This document shows positions 51,366 to 60,728 of a stretch of DNA of 64,000 nucleotides, in pieces. Both the position numbers and the translations under genes were made by a program. Source of the DNA: an uncultured bacterium (GTDB lineage: Bacteria; Hydrothermota; UBA3072); assembly GCA_964556365.1 (NCBI GenBank), contig CAZKVT010000004.1, positions 13,842-77,841 on the forward strand, given 5' to 3'. Under the pieces are notes generated by a model that was not told where the DNA came from, made no database searches, and worked only from the letters and a program-made list of their open reading frames with translations. Every line of letters starts with the position of its first letter. Positions within the stretch are counted from its first letter, which is position 1.

Positions 51366-51428
51366 TTGGAAAAATGATTATATTACTTTATATAACAAAG
51401 TTCTTTGGAAAAACAAAAGGAGGGAACA

Positions 51429-52697
51429 ATGAAAAAATTAGTTATTTTAATGTTATTTGCAATAGTAGTTTTCGCGCAGGAAGCAGTGACAAAGGTCAAT
51501 CTCGATCGTAGAGCCGAAAGTAATCTTGTTACTCTTTTCGAAAAATTGCCTCAGAATATCGAAGTATTTGTTACTTCTGACAGTATCTATATTATCGAGG
51601 CTGCTTATCCGGGAAGCAAGATAATAAAAAAGTTGACCGCTTCCGAATACCGAAGTCTGATTGTGAGAATCCCGTCCGAGAGGGTAATCCTCGAAGACGC
51701 GCAATTGCCTTATGTGATAGGGCAGACTATTCATGGAATCTCTCTTTATTCCTGGAGTATGCCTTTAGCTTTGGGGATGGATGGGGAAAGCGCTGTGTCT
51801 ATGGGGCTCTTAATGCCGCTTTTGTATTCCACCGGAAGCTATTTAGTTACTAAAAATATACGTGTTAGCGGCGGGGCTGCCTATGGCTCATTTTTGGGCG
51901 GTATCGAAGGAGCGTGCCATGGAGGTATGTTCTTTGAATCTGAGGAAGCCATTTTCCCGGTGAGCCTTGGGGAAAATGTTCTGGATTTTGCTTTAGCTCA
52001 GAAGATGGGGTTGACTTCAGGAATGTATCAGAGGAAGTTTAATCATTGTGCGTATGGTTATTACCATTACGCGGCTTTAAAAGCCTTAGTTCTTTCAGAT
52101 GATTGGGATGATTGGGGTAACACGGATGAGTTTTTGCAGGTTTCCACTTTGCTTTCTTTAGGTGAGGGATATACATCTCTTTTTCTTTCGAGGAATTCAG
52201 AAGACCTGACTTTAGGGGACGCTCTTTTTGAGCTTCGGGCCAGTTTGTTGGGCGCTGAAGCCCTACCTTTAATTCTCATGACTTATGATCTACATCGTGA
52301 GGAAGCTTCAGACGCGCGTATTTACGCGGCTCTTTCTTTGGTCGGGCACGGCGTAGGTTATTTGTTGGGAAACAAACTCAGCAGAGATTATGATCTCTCC
52401 GGTTCCGGAGGTGTGATGATCTGGCTGCTTCCGTATCTCGCGCATGGTGCAACGGCGGCTATTATGGCGAAGACTGATAGCGAAGGGCTTTGGAATTCTT
52501 ATCCTGCTATATTCTTGTCGATGGATGTTATTATGACTTACGCGTACTATAAGGCTTTATCCAAAAAGCCCTTAAAGATGGGAAAGGCGGATGCGCCCCA
52601 TTTTAATATGGCATTAAATCCTATGAGTTTAATATGTAAAGATAAGAATAAAACCTTTGAAAACATGCCTTTCTTGATGTTTTCATATGAATTTTAA
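51429..52697 (+). CDS. Hypothetical secreted/membrane protein rich in Gly/Ala/Leu, 422 aa
   Basis: Signal peptide MKKLVILMLFAIVVFAQEA. The ATG at 51429 has an AAGGAGGG RBS; the track uses a TTG at 51405. Several hydrophobic segments; no known domain recognised. Confidence 0.45.
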   Translation: MKKLVILMLFAIVVFAQEAVTKVNLDRRAESNLVTLFEKLPQNIEVFVTSDSIYIIEAAYPGSKIIKKLTASEYRSLIVRIPSERVILEDAQLPYVIGQTIHGISLYSWSMPLALGMDGESAVSMGLLMPLLYSTGSYLVTKNIRVSGGAAYGSFLGGIEGACHGGMFFESEEAIFPVSLGENVLDFALAQKMGLTSGMYQRKFNHCAYGYYHYAALKALVLSDDWDDWGNTDEFLQVSTLLSLGEGYTSLFLSRNSEDLTLGDALFELRASLLGAEALPLILMTYDLHREEASDARIYAALSLVGHGVGYLLGNKLSRDYDLSGSGGVMIWLLPYLAHGATAAIMAKTDSEGLWNSYPAIFLSMDVIMTYAYYKALSKKPLKMGKADAPHFNMALNPMSLICKDKNKTFENMPFLMFSYEF

Positions 52698-52747
52698 TTC
52701 TCAGACAGAAAAAGAAACTAATTATCAAGAAAGACACAGAGGATTTT

Positions 52748-52851
52748 AGTCCAGTGTCCAAAGTCCAATGTCTTTTCCATTTTTTTATATCTGGTCCCGT
52801 TGATATGTTCTAATTCATAATTCATAATTCAAACTTCAAAATTCTTAATCC
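52748..52851. repeat. Degenerate heptamer arrays (AGTCCAA-type, then TAATTCA-type) left of the AbiE cassette
   Basis: tagtccagtgtccaaagtccaatgtc then ctaattcataattcataattcaaacttcaaaattcttaatcc. Confidence 0.8.
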
Positions 52852-52855
52852 TAAA

Positions 52856-52886
52856 CCCGGTATCTAAAAAATTCCCCTTGACAAAG
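52856..52886 (+). promoter_or_regulatory. Conserved promoter module (A-tract + CCCCTTGACAAA), copy 2, upstream of the AbiE cassette
   Basis: cccggtatctaaaaaattccccttgacaaag; compare 51337-51365. Confidence 0.4.
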
Positions 52887-52948
52887 CCCAATTAATTCAT
52901 AAACTAATAGTAATAATAATTATTACTTCTGGTTTATGGTAGGTGGAT

Positions 52949-53512
52949 ATGAAAAAAAATAGGGATTTTATTTTGAATTTATATAGTTCTAAAAGTACCG
53001 TTTTTACGATAGATGAAATAGCTTTGCTTTTGGGAGATTTAAATCGTGATAATCTGAAAGCGAGAATAAATTATTACGTTAAAAGAGGAAAATTGTTAAA
53101 TCTGAGAAAAGGGGTTTACGCGAAAAGAGGGTATAGCCCTTTAGAGCTCGCGGTTAAAATTTTTACTCCTTCTTATATCAGTTTAGAGACTATTCTGGAG
53201 AAGGGGGGAGTGATTTTCCAAAAATACGAAACTATCTTTGTTGTTTCTTATCTAAGCAGGAAAATCGAAGTTGACAGCCATAAATTACAATATCGTAGAA
53301 TAAAAGAGGAAATATTGATAAATAAAGAAGGGGTAGAATTAAAAAAAGGATATGCTATAGCAACAAAAGAGAGGGCATTTCTCGATGCTTTGTATTTATA
53401 TAAAGACTATTATTTTGACAATCTCGATATTTTAGATAAAGATGTTGTATTGAATATGGCTAACATTTATCAGTCGAAAACTCTTAAAGAAAAAGTCGAA
53501 GGGCTTATATAA
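52949..53512 (+). CDS. AbiEi-family antitoxin / transcriptional regulator (type IV TA)
   Basis: The PSYISLETILEKGG motif (AbiEi_4 family) and an N-terminal winged-helix-like region; separated by 1 nt from the downstream nucleotidyltransferase. The start may be the GTG two codons upstream. Confidence 0.6.
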   Translation: MKKNRDFILNLYSSKSTVFTIDEIALLLGDLNRDNLKARINYYVKRGKLLNLRKGVYAKRGYSPLELAVKIFTPSYISLETILEKGGVIFQKYETIFVVSYLSRKIEVDSHKLQYRRIKEEILINKEGVELKKGYAIATKERAFLDALYLYKDYYFDNLDILDKDVVLNMANIYQSKTLKEKVEGLI

Positions 53513-53513
53513 T

Positions 53514-54209
53514 ATGCTTAATATTCAGAAACATAAATATATACTGGTTCAAATTTTAAAAAGTGTCTATTCCGATAAAGGTGTTTCTTCAGTTATTGGT
53601 TTTAAAGGAGGAACCGCGGCGTATCTTTTTTACAATTTGCCAAGGTTTTCCGTCGATCTTGATTTTAATCTTTTGGAATCCGCAAGGAATGATTTAGTCT
53701 TTGAACGGATGAAAGATATTCTTAAAAGTTATGGTAATGTTAAAATCGCGAGAGAAAAGAGGTATACGATATTCTTTTTGCTTTCCTATGGGGAAGAGGC
53801 GACTAATATAAAAATAGAGATTTCAAAAAGAAAATTCCCCGATAATTATGAGGTAAAAAATTATCTCGGAATTCCAATGTTAGTAATGAAAAAGAGAGAT
53901 ATCTTTGCCCATAAGTTTGTTGCTTTCCTGGATAGAAAAAGTATAGCGAACAGAGATGCTTTTGATTTATGGTTTTTCTTTAATGGGAACTGGCAAATCA
54001 ATAAAGAAATAGTGAAATTAAGAACCGGTAGAAAGTTCGAAGATTATTTAAAAAATTGTATCGAAGCGGTAAAGGGGATAAATGATACATATATATTACA
54101 GGGTCTTGGTGAGGTGTTAGAAGAGGAGCAAAAAAACTGGGTAAAAAACAATCTCAAAAAAGACTTGATCTTTTTAATGAGGAATTATCTTGAATCTAAT
54201 GTTCAATAA
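53514..54209 (+). CDS. AbiEii/AbiGii-family nucleotidyltransferase toxin
   Basis: The FKGGTAAYLFYNLPRFSVDLDFN motif matches the GGTAL ... RFSEDLD nucleotidyltransferase signature of AbiEii. Confidence 0.7.
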   Translation: MLNIQKHKYILVQILKSVYSDKGVSSVIGFKGGTAAYLFYNLPRFSVDLDFNLLESARNDLVFERMKDILKSYGNVKIAREKRYTIFFLLSYGEEATNIKIEISKRKFPDNYEVKNYLGIPMLVMKKRDIFAHKFVAFLDRKSIANRDAFDLWFFFNGNWQINKEIVKLRTGRKFEDYLKNCIEAVKGINDTYILQGLGEVLEEEQKNWVKNNLKKDLIFLMRNYLESNVQ

Positions 54210-54288
54210 CGTCCAAGTCCGATGTCTTTTCCGACCCAACGACCCCACGATCTAACGAACCAACGAATCAGTCCAATGTCTTTAACCC
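54209..54288. repeat. Degenerate heptamer array (GTCCAA / CCAACGA units) right of the AbiE cassette
   Basis: acgtccaagtccgatgtcttttccgacccaacgaccccacgatctaacgaaccaacgaatcagtccaatgtctttaaccc. Confidence 0.8.
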
Positions 54289-54458
54289 AAAAAAGACAAA
54301 GTCTTAATCCGCATCCCGGAAATTTAAGGGTCTGAATATCGATTGTTTTAAACATCCGATAATATCTGAACTCTTAAGAATCAAAAATGACTATTAAGAC
54401 TTTGTTAGTTTAAAGGTCTTTAGTTATTCTATAAACCTTGTATTTCAGAAAATACTTG

Positions 54459-54668
54459 CTACTGACTTAAACCGTCTTTTTTTACGTTTTCAGCTTTAGG
54501 TCCTTTTTCACCCTGAACGATTTCAAATTCGACTTCATCTCCCTCGTTGAGTGTTACAAGACCGCCTGTAAGCGATGAAGAGTGTACAAAAACGTCGTCT
54601 TTGCCTTCTACTTCTATAAATCCGAAGCTTTTCATGTCATTGAACCATTTTACTTTACCTTTTTCCAT
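54459..54668 (-). CDS. cspA: Cold-shock protein (CspA family)
   Basis: 69 aa; [15 protein letters not shown] ... DVFVH RNP motifs. Confidence 0.9.
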   Translation of the reverse strand: MEKGKVKWFNDMKSFGFIEVEGKDDVFVHSSSLTGGLVTLNEGDEVEFEIVQGEKGPKAENVKKDGLSQ

Positions 54669-54703
54669 TGCTAAAACCTCCTGTGGTTTTAAAAAAATTA
54701 AAT

Positions 54704-55132
54704 TTAAAGAATCTCGAGTAGTTCTATTTCAAAGTTAAGATTTTTTCCGGCGAGAGGATGATTCGCATCCATGATTACTTCAGATTCTGAAGAGCCGGTT
54801 ACTGTAACTATGAAAGGTTGATGTTTATCTGATTCTAATCTAAACTGCTGTCCTACTTGCGGGTCTGAATCTTCTGGTAAATCTTTTCTGGCTACATTCA
54901 TAACCAGTTCCTCATGATGTTCTCCGTAAGCTTCTTTCGAGGGGATTTTAACAGCCTTGGATTCTCCGGGACTCATACCGATTACTGCCTGTTCAAAACC
55001 GGGGATTATTTTTTCGGTATTAAGTGTAAATTCGAATGGGTTAGTCTCGTCTGTTTTTTCTATAACAGTGTTGTTATCAAGAGTTAAAGTATAATTAACT
55101 TTAACTTTATCTCCTTCTTTTACTTTTGCCAT
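54704..55132 (-). CDS. slyD: FKBP-type peptidyl-prolyl cis-trans isomerase (SlyD-like)
   Basis: [19 protein letters not shown] ... [21 protein letters not shown] ... [15 protein letters not shown]; GGGAGG RBS. Confidence 0.8.
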   Translation of the reverse strand: MAKVKEGDKVKVNYTLTLDNNTVIEKTDETNPFEFTLNTEKIIPGFEQAVIGMSPGESKAVKIPSKEAYGEHHEELVMNVARKDLPEDSDPQVGQQFRLESDKHQPFIVTVTGSSESEVIMDANHPLAGKNLNFEIELLEIL

Positions 55133-55392
55133 TATTTTCCTCCCATTTTATTATTAGGATTTCCAAAAGATTTTTCCAAAGGGATTTCTTCTAAACATTA
55201 CAAATTTATATTTTACCGAAATACACTAAATCCCTATAAAGCGATTCCAGAAAAAATTAGGGACATTTTTAGTAGATACTATTTTAGTAGATACTACATT
55301 AATAACAACCCTACACCATTAATATAAGTGTTTTTAGCTATTTGTCAACCCACCCCGCCTTAAAACACTCATATGGAGAACACAGAGAACTT

Positions 55393-55429
55393 TAGTCCAA
55401 TGTCCAAAGTCCAGAGTCCAAAGTCAAAA
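55393..55429. repeat. Degenerate heptamer array (AGTCCAA-type)
   Basis: tagtccaatgtccaaagtccagagtccaaagtcaaaa. Confidence 0.8.
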
Positions 55430-55680
55430 TTTAAAACTCAAACTTGCTTTTATACTAATCCTTGAGTCCCAAACTTTAACAAACCACAGATTCCACAAGA
55501 TTAGCTCAATATTTTTCTTAACCGCTAAATACACGGGGAAACCAACTTAGTGAAGGTACTAAATCAGGAAAAAAGAATTAATCGTACGGTAAAGTACTTT
55601 ATTCCCAGTGATACATTGACAAATTTAGCGTTTTGTTTATGTTAAACGATGAGTAAAACGAATAGGGTTGATCTGTTTAT

Positions 55681-56901
55681 ATGGAAAAATCTATAAAAAT
55701 ATTATCGGAATATTTCTATCCTGAACCGGCAGCTACAGCAAAATTAATGTCTCAGCTTGCAAGCGAGCTGAGTAAAAAAGGATTTAACGTGGAAGTTTAT
55801 ACCCGCAGGCCTCATCGTAGATCAAAAAGCGCACAGAAACTTCCCGCTAAAGAGATTCGTAATGGTGTTACAGTTAACCGATTGTCATGCGTTCAATTAA
55901 ATAAAGAAAATTTATTATTTAGAACAATCAACTGGTTCTCGTTTTCTTTTAGTCTGCTTATTAGTATGTCTTTAAAAAGCAGTAAGGATATCTTGCTTAT
56001 CGTAACCAATCCCCCGATTTTACCTTTTGTAGGACTTTTTTTTAATATTATAAGAAGTCAACGATTTATTCCTATAATATATGATGTTTATCCTGATATT
56101 GCGGTCGCGCTTGAATTGGTGGAAAAAAACGGATTTTTTGTAGAATTATGGAAAAGATTAAATAATGTACTATATCGAAGAGCTTCCGGGATTGTTGTTA
56201 TTGGTAATCAAATGAAGCGAACGATAGTAAAGAGTGCCGGAGTGAACTCTTTTGAATCAAAAATCGAAGTGATATATAACTGGGAAGACCCGGATTTTAT
56301 AAAACCTCTTAAGAAAGAAGAAAATGCTTTTGCGAAGGAAAACGGATATAATGAGGTTTTGACCGTTCTATATTCCGGAAATTTCGGATTATACAATGAT
56401 TTATGTACTATAATTTACGCCGCGGAAAAGATTCGGAAATTACCTGTAAAATTCGTTTTTATAGGTGACGGAGCCCAGAAGGAAAAATTAAAGAAAATTG
56501 TTCGAGATAAAGATTTAAAAAATGTCGATTTTCATTCTTACCAGCCACATAGCAGGCTTCCTGAGACCTTAACATGCGCGGATATCTCTGTGGTATCGGA
56601 GGATAAAAGAGTAAGTGGGCTTTGTTCTTCAAGTAAGTTCTATAGTTCTCTCGCGAGCGGGCAGGCGGTTCTCGCTCGGGTGAACAAAGAGTCAGACATA
56701 GCCGATACAATACGGAGTAGCAATTGTGGCTTTATAGTTAATCAAGGTGATGTTAATCAGGTGGTAAATCATTTGAAATTCTGGCTCGACAACAGGGATG
56801 AATTAAAGAAAATGGGGAAGAGAGCCCGGAAGTATTTTGAGGAACATTATACTATGAATCATTCCATAGAACGATATGTTAAGATGTTGAAAGAGTTGTG
56901 A
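55681..56901 (+). CDS. Family 4 glycosyltransferase (WcaI/WbuB-like)
   Basis: GT-B fold; the C-terminal EX7E-like region and overall similarity to WcaI-type colanic-acid/LPS glycosyltransferases. Confidence 0.7.
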   Translation: MEKSIKILSEYFYPEPAATAKLMSQLASELSKKGFNVEVYTRRPHRRSKSAQKLPAKEIRNGVTVNRLSCVQLNKENLLFRTINWFSFSFSLLISMSLKSSKDILLIVTNPPILPFVGLFFNIIRSQRFIPIIYDVYPDIAVALELVEKNGFFVELWKRLNNVLYRRASGIVVIGNQMKRTIVKSAGVNSFESKIEVIYNWEDPDFIKPLKKEENAFAKENGYNEVLTVLYSGNFGLYNDLCTIIYAAEKIRKLPVKFVFIGDGAQKEKLKKIVRDKDLKNVDFHSYQPHSRLPETLTCADISVVSEDKRVSGLCSSSKFYSSLASGQAVLARVNKESDIADTIRSSNCGFIVNQGDVNQVVNHLKFWLDNRDELKKMGKRARKYFEEHYTMNHSIERYVKMLKEL

Positions 56902-56918
56902 GAGGGCGCAAACTGCTT

Positions 56919-56990
56919 TAGTCCAATGTCAATAATCGTTAGATCGTTAGGTCGTTGGATTGTTAGATCGTTAAAAAATCCGAATCAACT
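56919..56990. repeat. Degenerate arrays (AGTCCAA, then GATCGTTAG 9-mers)
   Basis: tagtccaatgtcaataatcgttagatcgttaggtcgttggattgttagatcgttaaaaaatccgaatcaac. Confidence 0.8.
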
Positions 56991-57040
56991 AAAAATTGCC
57001 ACAGATTAACACGTATATGCGCGGAGGTTTTTTGTTGTTT

Positions 57041-57076
57041 TGACTGATGACTCGTGACTGTTGACTAACGACTCGG
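57041..57076. repeat. TGACT-type degenerate array
   Basis: tgactgatgactcgtgactgttgactaacgactcgg. Confidence 0.6.
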
Positions 57077-57168
57077 TTATATATTTGACCATTCAACTTA
57101 GGTTCAAAGAATCACAACCTGGGACCCATAGCTTAGCAGTCCGTGTTTTTGACGCATGTAGGTGTAAA

Positions 57169-58407
57169 TTAAAGAAGGCTCCAGGGTACCGCGAGTATTT
57201 TATCTCCGAACTTTTTAGCTTCCTTGCCGGCATGAATAAGAATAGCGCTTTTAGTATCCGGGTATTCGCCCATAAAATATCTGAGACCTTTTGTATCTCC
57301 ATAATTGGGAGAATCGGTTAACTTTACTTCAATCGCGATTTTCTCCTTGCCGTATTCAATTACAAAATCGACTTCTTTTTGGTTTATTTCTCTGTAGTAA
57401 TGGATTTTACCTTTTGGGACCATCAGTTCACAAAGCACGTTTAAGTGCAAAAAAATCAAATTTTCAAAAAATCCCCCCAATTCTCTTGCTTTTTTAAGGC
57501 TATCTGAATTGTAGTAACCGGAAAGAAAAACCGCTAAAGCGGGATCTACCCAGTAAACTTTAGGAGATTTTATTATTCTTTTTGTTCTATTAGGAAAGAA
57601 AGGCGTGATTTTTGTAATTATATGTCCGATTTCCATTAAGTTAATATACCTGTATACAGATGGTTGGCTTACTCCGGAATCTCTGGCAATCTCGGTTTGG
57701 TTTATTAGATTTCCTGTTCTCAAAGCGAGCATTTCCATGACTTTTCTAAAATCGGTTAGCGACGATATATTGGAAATATTTCTCAAGTCTCTTTCCATAT
57801 AAGTGGCGACATAGCCTTCCCACCATCTTAGAATATTTTCTGAGTTTTTCATATACATAACCCGCGGCATAAACCCTTTAAGCATAAAGGAGATAGGGTC
57901 TATTGGTTTATAATTCTTTTCTTTAGGAAATTTACCCTTAAAGAGATCTACGAACCACTGAGGTCGTGATTCTTCCGCCATTTCTCTTCGAACCATAGGA
58001 TTAAGAATTAAATAAGCGGCTCTTCCGGCGAGAGTTTCAGAGATTTTATTCATTAATAACATATTGGCCGAACCGGATAATATGTACTTGCCTTTACCTT
58101 TATCTACATTTAACTTTATAGCTTCTATCAAACCTTTTTCTTTCTGGACTTCATCGATTATGAGTTTATTGTAATTCGATATTAAGCCTACAGGGTCTTC
58201 TTCGGCTTGTTCCAGGACATCGAAATTGTCGAGAGTTAGATATTTCCAATCGTCGGACGAAAACTCATTTTGTAAAATAGTACTTTTCCCAACCTGTCTT
58301 GCCCCCGTTAGAATAACAACAGGAATTTCTTCGATAACGGTTTTTAGAATATTACCAAGATATCTATCCTTGTATTTCCATTTAGACTGTGAATAATATT
58401 TATTCAT
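57169..58407 (-). CDS. AAA+ ATPase (AAA_14 + DUF4143 family)
   Basis: Walker A VVILTGARQVGKST; the DUF4143 C-terminal region (YWVDPAL ... GGFFENL). The M at 58407 gives the typical ~37-aa lead before the P-loop. Confidence 0.65.
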   Translation of the reverse strand: MNKYYSQSKWKYKDRYLGNILKTVIEEIPVVILTGARQVGKSTILQNEFSSDDWKYLTLDNFDVLEQAEEDPVGLISNYNKLIIDEVQKEKGLIEAIKLNVDKGKGKYILSGSANMLLMNKISETLAGRAAYLILNPMVRREMAEESRPQWFVDLFKGKFPKEKNYKPIDPISFMLKGFMPRVMYMKNSENILRWWEGYVATYMERDLRNISNISSLTDFRKVMEMLALRTGNLINQTEIARDSGVSQPSVYRYINLMEIGHIITKITPFFPNRTKRIIKSPKVYWVDPALAVFLSGYYNSDSLKKARELGGFFENLIFLHLNVLCELMVPKGKIHYYREINQKEVDFVIEYGKEKIAIEVKLTDSPNYGDTKGLRYFMGEYPDTKSAILIHAGKEAKKFGDKILAVPWSLL

Positions 58408-58719
58408 TACCTGAATAATAATACAAATATTTAATTTGTCAAGTATTTGAATCATCAGGCGGATGATTAGTTATTAGTTAATTTGCAAATTAGTTTATTA
58501 GTAAAAGTCTCGACCCAACTGAAGAATTGAATCGCAGATTATCACAAGATTTTTTTATTCTTTACCGTTAGCAGTCAGCTGAAAGTTATTTTGTCAGATT
58601 ATAGAAAATATAATTTTTGTTTTGATTTTTTTGAACACATATACGCTTTTACGCTTATACGCATTTACTTTGCGTAGAAATTACCTCCTAACTCTCTAAC
58701 CCTCTAATTTTCGATTTAT

Positions 58720-59559
58720 TTATCTTTTATATTCTTTGATATCAAACTTATCTAAAAATGCATTCACTCTTTCGTAAGCGTCTCGTATAATACGTTCCCG
58801 CTCTTCGGAATCATCTATTTCCAAAAATTCCGCAACCCAAACGGGACCTGGGGATTCAAAACTCTTAAATTTTTTTCTTATTTTACCGAGTCCTTCTTTA
58901 ACCAGTTTATTATTTATTATTGGTTTAAATTCTTCAGCCAGTTTTTCAATACCTCCCGGATAATTCTTTATAACAAAATATATGTCATAGGCATCCTTTT
59001 CTTTATATCTACTTTCAATTGCCATTCCTTTCATTGATAAAAAAGGTATTATACTGGAAATATTGATTTCAATTTGATTTTTCGCGCCATCTGGCATTTT
59101 TGCGGATATTTTAGTACTGATTTTATATAAAAATGCTAAATCGCATCCTCTGGCTTTTCTTGCTCTAATATCCTGAACTCGCTGAGTTCGATGAGAAGAA
59201 CCGGTTCCACCATATTCCGCGGCGAGTAAATCGATTTCAATATCCATTTCTTTTCCCGAGGTGTTTTTATATTTACGGTAAAAAATAAAAGGTTCTCTAC
59301 CTTGGGCATAGCCATGGGTTTTTAGAAGTTTGAGAATTGTACTGTAAGTGTTGTCTGTGATATTTTCAAAATTAAGAGCAATATCAATATCCAGACTACC
59401 CACATGCTCTTTACCTTTATTCCCGAGAAGAAAATAAGGTATCCAGCCGCCAACCAGCACAATGTTTTCCTTGAATTCTCCGAGTATCGTGAGAAGTTCA
59501 ATTAAAACAGATAAACAGGCATTTACTTCTTCTTTTTGATAGTCCGATTTTTTTACCAT
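58720..59559 (-). CDS. Nucleotidyltransferase of the AbiEii/DUF1814-like family (putative toxin)
   Basis: The LVGGWIPYFLL ... GSLDIDIAL motif fits the GG ... DLDL nucleotidyltransferase signature. Its ATG overlaps the upstream gene stop (ATGGTAA), suggesting translational coupling. Confidence 0.55.
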   Translation of the reverse strand: MVKKSDYQKEEVNACLSVLIELLTILGEFKENIVLVGGWIPYFLLGNKGKEHVGSLDIDIALNFENITDNTYSTILKLLKTHGYAQGREPFIFYRKYKNTSGKEMDIEIDLLAAEYGGTGSSHRTQRVQDIRARKARGCDLAFLYKISTKISAKMPDGAKNQIEINISSIIPFLSMKGMAIESRYKEKDAYDIYFVIKNYPGGIEKLAEEFKPIINNKLVKEGLGKIRKKFKSFESPGPVWVAEFLEIDDSEERERIIRDAYERVNAFLDKFDIKEYKR

Positions 59560-60623
59560 TTTGTCTCCAGGCGCTTTTCTTTTAGAAATTCTGCCGCTTC
59601 TTCACCGCGTTGTTTGTAATCTTTTAGATCTAAATAAAGTTGGATGTTAGAGACGACTTTTAAGCCATTAAAATCCTGTAATCCATAAAATATTCCGGAA
59701 TCATAGGGAGACAGTATTGAAATATTCGCTCCTGTCGAGACTTTTTTCCATCTTAAATTGTTAGCAATAGATTCTATAGAATCTTCAGCATACGCAAAGA
59801 CCTTATTATATCTCAAAAAAGGTGCTATTCGAGAAGCCCCTGATGTAAGTGTTAAAGCATATCGTATATCATTGGAATCGCAAAAGTTCGCGAGATTGTT
59901 CTCGATAGTGTCAATATCATCCAAGGAGTAATAGTCAACAGAATTATTTTTCTTATATGAATAATTTTTGACCCAGCGGTCCAATAAGGATTCCGGATTG
60001 CTCAGGTAGAATTTTTGAATATCAGATTTCTCAATATAATTATATTCCTCGAGTCTCTTTTTTACTTTTGAGACTAAACCTATACTGACTTCAGCTTCCC
60101 TGGAAAGATCTTTTACATACCATTTTCTACCTGGATTGTCCAGGAGAATACGTACTATTCTTGACGATTTTTTAGAAAATATAGACTTAATTGAGCGGTT
60201 TTCCGGATATGGGTTTGGGTTACCTTTGATATTTATATAGACCCCGTTAAAAGATAGGAGACAGTTTCCCGCCAGGTCGATATACCCAATGTTGTTTAAT
60301 TCGCATATTTTTTCCGATTCTTCTGAAATATATGGAGATCCAAAAATACCATAGATTTTGTCTCTCCCTCCAATTATTTCCTGAAGTTGGTTGGCTGCCA
60401 TCCTGACATATTTCGGCAGTCCGATAGTTTTTATTTCAAAAATCAAAGTATATTTATCTTCGCCTTGTGTCTTAATGACATATACGAGATCGGACTCCTT
60501 ACTACCCGAGAAAAGTGGTTCCCGTATTCGTTCGCTTATGGCGCCGGGTGATATCAGACCGGTTTTCGTCACAATATCTCTAAATGCCTCTTCGATCTTC
60601 ACAATTATTTCTTTTTCTTCCAT
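59553..60623 (-). CDS. Putative cognate regulator/antitoxin (356 aa) with a central winged helix-turn-helix
   Basis: The HTH-like segment WYVKDLSREAEVSIGLVSKVKKRLEEYNYIEK. The upstream region carries two palindromic operators GTTTCACC-N4-GGTGAAAC. Operon with the nucleotidyltransferase. Confidence 0.4.
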   Translation of the reverse strand: MEEKEIIVKIEEAFRDIVTKTGLISPGAISERIREPLFSGSKESDLVYVIKTQGEDKYTLIFEIKTIGLPKYVRMAANQLQEIIGGRDKIYGIFGSPYISEESEKICELNNIGYIDLAGNCLLSFNGVYINIKGNPNPYPENRSIKSIFSKKSSRIVRILLDNPGRKWYVKDLSREAEVSIGLVSKVKKRLEEYNYIEKSDIQKFYLSNPESLLDRWVKNYSYKKNNSVDYYSLDDIDTIENNLANFCDSNDIRYALTLTSGASRIAPFLRYNKVFAYAEDSIESIANNLRWKKVSTGANISILSPYDSGIFYGLQDFNGLKVVSNIQLYLDLKDYKQRGEEAAEFLKEKRLETKW

Positions 60624-60644
60624 TTTTGTTTCACCTATTTTTAA

Positions 60645-60728
60645 GTTTCACCATTTGGTGAAATATATTAAATATTGATAATATGTCAAGTGTTTCATTT
60701 TAAAAAACGTTTCAACGATTGGTGAAAC
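60645..60728. promoter_or_regulatory. Two palindromic operator-like sites (GTTTCACC-N4-GGTGAAAC) upstream of the regulator-nucleotidyltransferase operon
   Basis: gtttcaccatttggtgaaa at 60645-60663 and gtttcaacgattggtgaaac at 60709-60728, plus half-sites at 60627-60636, 60690-60699 and 60739-60748. Confidence 0.5.

Noticed and set aside
51405-51428. TTG start at 51405 for the 422-aa hypothetical protein
   Set aside because: The ATG at 51429 is preceded by an AAGGAGGG RBS at optimal spacing and starts a classic signal peptide. The TTG start would put the RBS inside the coding sequence.
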